From positions 1 to 50,152 of the forward strand of contig CAVRMZ010000065.1 in NCBI GenBank assembly GCA_963722445.1: DNA of 50,152 nucleotides. The letters run 5' to 3'. Position numbers and translations under genes: made by a program. Below the pieces are notes generated by a model. The model had not been told where the DNA came from. It did no database searches and saw only the letters and a list, made by a program, of their open reading frames with translations. Of this stretch, positions 47,267 to 50,152 are shown one piece after another (within the stretch, counting starts at the first letter, position 1; each line of letters begins with the position of its first letter). This DNA comes from an uncultured Bacilli bacterium. Lineage in GTDB: Bacteria; Bacillota_I; Bacilli_A; RFN20; CAG-826.

Positions 47267-48531
47267 AGGACCACGATGGCCCCGTATTTGGCGGCGGCCT
47301 CCCGGGCCACCTCCAGGCGCCGGTCCTGCACCGCCGGAGTGGAGGCCCCCAACAGGCGGGCCATCTCCCCGGGGTGCGGGGTGAGGAGGCGCGGTCCGGC
47401 GGCCGCCGCCAGAGAAGCGGGGTCCCCGGCCAGGGCGTTGACCCCGTCGGCGTCCACCACCATGGGGAGAGGCAGTTGCCGCACCAGGCGCCGCACCAGT
47501 TCCTGGGTCTCCGGGTGGGTCCCCAGCCCCGGCCCCAGGGCCAGGGCGGTGCAACCCGAGGCGAAGGCCAGAATAGGCTCCAGGGCCTTGATCCCCAGGG
47601 CCCGGGCGCCCGTCGCCTGGGGCAAAGGCAGGGTCATGGCCTCGGTAAGCTTGACTTCCATGATGTCGTTGAGACTGGCGGCAATCCCCAAGGTCACCAG
47701 GCCGGCCCCGGCCCTGAGGCCTCCCAGGGAGGCCAGGGCGGCGGCGCCGGTCTTGCCTTCGGACCCGGCCAGCACGAAAAGATGACCGAAGGTCCCCTTG
47801 TGGCTGCCAAAAGGCCGGGGCGGGATGAGCCGGCGCAGCTCCCGGGCCTCGGCCAGCTCCACCGGCGCCTCTCGGGCCAGATCAGGCGGAATGCTGAGGT
47901 CCACCCGCCACAGGCGGCCCACGTAGTCCCGTCCCGGCGGCAAAATCTGGCCGATTTTGGGCCAGCCGTAGGTCACGGTAACTTCGGCTTCGACGGCTGC
48001 ACCCAAGATCTTCCCGGTATCGGCGGACAAGCCGCTGGGGAGGTCCACCGCCAACACCGGCGGCCGCAGGTGATTCACTTTGTCGATCAAGGCGGCCAGC
48101 AGGCCCTGAACCGGCTTATCCAGGCCGGTGCCCAGGAGAGCGTCCACGATGAGGCCGGCCCGGGCCAGGTGGTGGACCACCGGATTGAGCTGGGATTCCT
48201 CCGTGACCTCCATGACTTCCAGACCATGGTGGGCCAGGATGTCCAGGTTTACTTTGGCGTCGCCCCGCACCTGGTCCCGCCGGCCCAGCAAAAAGACGGT
48301 CACCGGCTCGCCGGCCTGGGCCAGGTAGCGGGCCACCACGAAACCATCGCCGCCGTTGTTGCCCCGGCCGGCCAGCACCGCGACCTCGCCGGTAAGATCG
48401 GGGAATTCCCGCCGCAGGACCTGGTAGGTGCTGCGCCCGGCGTTCTCCATGAGCACCAGGGACGGAATCCCCACCTCATTGATGGCCCGGCGGTCCAATT
48501 CCCGCATCTCGGCGGCGGTGACCAGTTTCAT
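47257..48531 (-). CDS. nnr: Bifunctional NAD(P)H-hydrate epimerase/dehydratase, 3'-truncated at the junction
   Basis: LMENAG, GRGNNGGDG, DALLGTG, HKGTFG, GPGLG, DADG, TPHPGEM and VVLKGA motifs, after which homology stops. Confidence 0.92.
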
Positions 48532-48639
48532 GCCTCAGCCCAACCTTGAATTTTACCAGCTAAGATAACACACCTGTGGGGGGATTGCCAGGGTTGGCGG
48601 ACACCCCGGAACCATCAGCCGCTGGCAGTCAAATTAGAA

Positions 48640-48659
48640 AGGCGGCCCGAGGGCCGCCT
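48640..48659 (-). terminator. GC hairpin, probable terminator of the outer-membrane protein gene
   Basis: AGGCGGCC-CGAG-GGCCGCCT with a short T tract on the minus strand. Confidence 0.5.
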
Positions 48660-48686
48660 GGCTGACCGGCAAGTGACTAGAGTTTC

Positions 48687-49565
48687 CTAAAAATGATACT
48701 CCAAGCCAACGACAATTTTTTGATTGTCAAAATCGAAGTGGACATTCTTGCCGTCACCTGCGCCGCCTGATAATGAAGCGCTGACCGCCCGAGGTTAGAT
48801 GTTGAACGCCCAATTGCACATCCCATTGTTTGATATACTTAAACTCTACCAAGGCCGCGATGTTCTTAGTGAAATAGTAGCGCACCCCCACCTCGGTATC
48901 CAGCGAAAAATTCTTGGCCGAATCGTTCTGAAAATAAAGCACTGCCACTCCGGGGCCGATACCGATATAGGGTTGCAATCTCCCAAAAGGCACCTCCTTG
49001 TCCTGCAAAAAGCCATAGCGCCCCACAATGTGCAAGGCCATGGTCCAAATCAGGTTGCCCTGTGCCTCAGTAAAAATAGGAGCGTTAGATACCGGGGGCT
49101 TCACAGTGACCTGCTGCTGGGGCCGATTATTACTGGCAATGCTACCCTCGCCTTCGAAACCCAGGTAAGGGATGCTGTCTAAAAAATAACCCACTTTTAC
49201 ACCACCGACCGGACCCGGATCGGTCTTGACATTTTTGGCCGCGGTTTGAAGCTCCAAACCACTGGGGCTTCTTATTGGTTCGAAGCTCCAGTTAGCCGAA
49301 TTTACCAGAGATACGCCGGCAAAACCGCCATAATAAAATTCGCCGGGACCTTGGTACCCCAGCTTCCCTGGGCATCCGGGGGCTAGGACGACCTGTTCTT
49401 CCACAGCAGATATCCGCCCAGGGCGAGGACCGCAACGCTGGCGATGGGCACCGCGGTAATTTCAAGATTAGACCCTAAGGCGTTCGCCCGAGCTCGCGAT
49501 TGCCAGCCTGAAATGGCTAAACAGCAAACTATCGTTAAAATTGCCGTTAACTTGAGCAACTTCAT
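48687..49565 (-). CDS. Outer-membrane beta-barrel protein, broken by two apparent frameshifts
   Basis: Signal peptide in 49383-49565, barrel strands (GVKVGYF, LQPYIGIGPG, GVRYYF) in 48754-49404, and a third frame ending VHFDFDNQKIVVGLEYHF-stop (beta-signal). Confidence 0.7.
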
Positions 49566-49785
49566 CGGTTTCTCCCCAAAATCTTGATTATCATGCTGGG
49601 CTATTTTAAGGGTGAGTCCGATGCCATGTCAAGTTATAATGATGACTCTAAGTTAAGGACGTTGGAAGTTCGGCCGGTGATTCCGGAAAATCAGCCCACG
49701 GGGTTTCGGATAATCATGTTGACTCAGGGCCTGATGATTGTTAAATTTTCATAGTTAATATGGTGTAAAAAGGTAATATATACTA

Positions 49786-50152
49786 TTGGTCATCATCGAT
49801 TATCAGGCAGGCAATCTCACCAGCGTGGTTCGCTCCTTCAAGGCCTTGGGGGTGGAAGGCCGGGTGACCCAGGATCCGGACCAGGTGGCCGCCGCCTCCC
49901 GGGTGGTGTTTCCGGGGGTGGGGGCGGCCGGCAAGGCCATGGCCACCCTGAAAGAAATGGGCCTGGACCGGGCCTTACAAGAGAGCTTCCGGAAGGGCAC
50001 CCCCATCCTGGGCATCTGCCTGGGGGCCCAGATCATTCTGGAATACAGCGAGGAAAACGACACTCCCTGTCTGGGACTGCTGCCGGGCCGCACCCGGGTC
50101 TCCCCGGCCGGCGGGCTTGAAGATTCCCCACATGGGTTGGAACCGGGTGCGC
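49786..50152 (+). CDS. hisH: Imidazole glycerol phosphate synthase subunit HisH, partial, one frameshift
   Basis: Hand translation IIDYQAGNLTSV..FPGVG..GICLGAQ..SEE, then in a shifted frame LKIPHMGWNRV. It runs off the window end. Confidence 0.92.
   Translation, partial: MVIIDYQAGNLTSVVRSFKALGVEGRVTQDPDQVAAASRVVFPGVGAAGKAMATLKEMGLDRALQESFRKGTPILGICLGAQIILEYSEENDTPCLGLLPGRTRVSPAGGLEDSPHGLEPGA

Noticed and set aside
45764-47785. Tracked ORFs 45764-46903 (first 22 aa) and 46922-47785 (after about aa 115) as full-length proteins
   Set aside because: They read through junctions. The tail of the second is the antisense of nnr.
46817-48549. Long ORFs 46817-47554 (-) and 47374-48549 (+)
   Set aside because: These are GC-rich shadow frames of the phage genes and nnr, with low-complexity Gly/Pro/Arg translations.
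1-50152. CRISPR arrays, tRNA or rRNA genes, intact IS elements
   Set aside because: I saw no regularly spaced repeats, cloverleaf or rRNA signatures, or complete transposase with terminal repeats.

Overview
The window does not look like one genome. About 260-45828 is continuous chromosome from a small-genome Bacilli lineage (Erysipelotrichales/RF39-like, by inference). It uses the standard genetic code and is roughly 40-50% GC. It carries a PIN-domain protein, an M6 protease, a stand-alone structured ncRNA candidate (6396-6628), an oppBCDFA operon, stress genes (ybaK, msrC, CIRCE-controlled hsp20, fprA), hydrolases, a compact putrescine operon with an arginine decarboxylase-agmatine deiminase fusion plus aguB, mntP, a DUF1538 + tandem P-II pair, YfhO, and the core dnaX-recR-tmk-holB-ricT-rsmI and prfA-prmC-tsaC-rpiB-comFA blocks. 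Three abrupt mid-gene junctions join foreign DNA to it. These are a high-GC transposase fragment (1-~250), an actinobacteriophage-like portal/head fragment that cuts comFC (~45829-47266), and a high-GC, frameshift-rich diderm (Desulfobacterota-like) block with nnr, an outer-membrane barrel gene and hisH (~47257-50152). The junctions most likely reflect chimeric reads or assembly. The best candidates for new biology are the unidentified multi-helix ncRNA, the fused decarboxylase-deiminase with its upstream small ORF and terminator, a 32-aa membrane peptide divergent from mntP, and the orphan PIN protein with an internal repeat. All identifications come from reading motifs by eye; no database searches were run.
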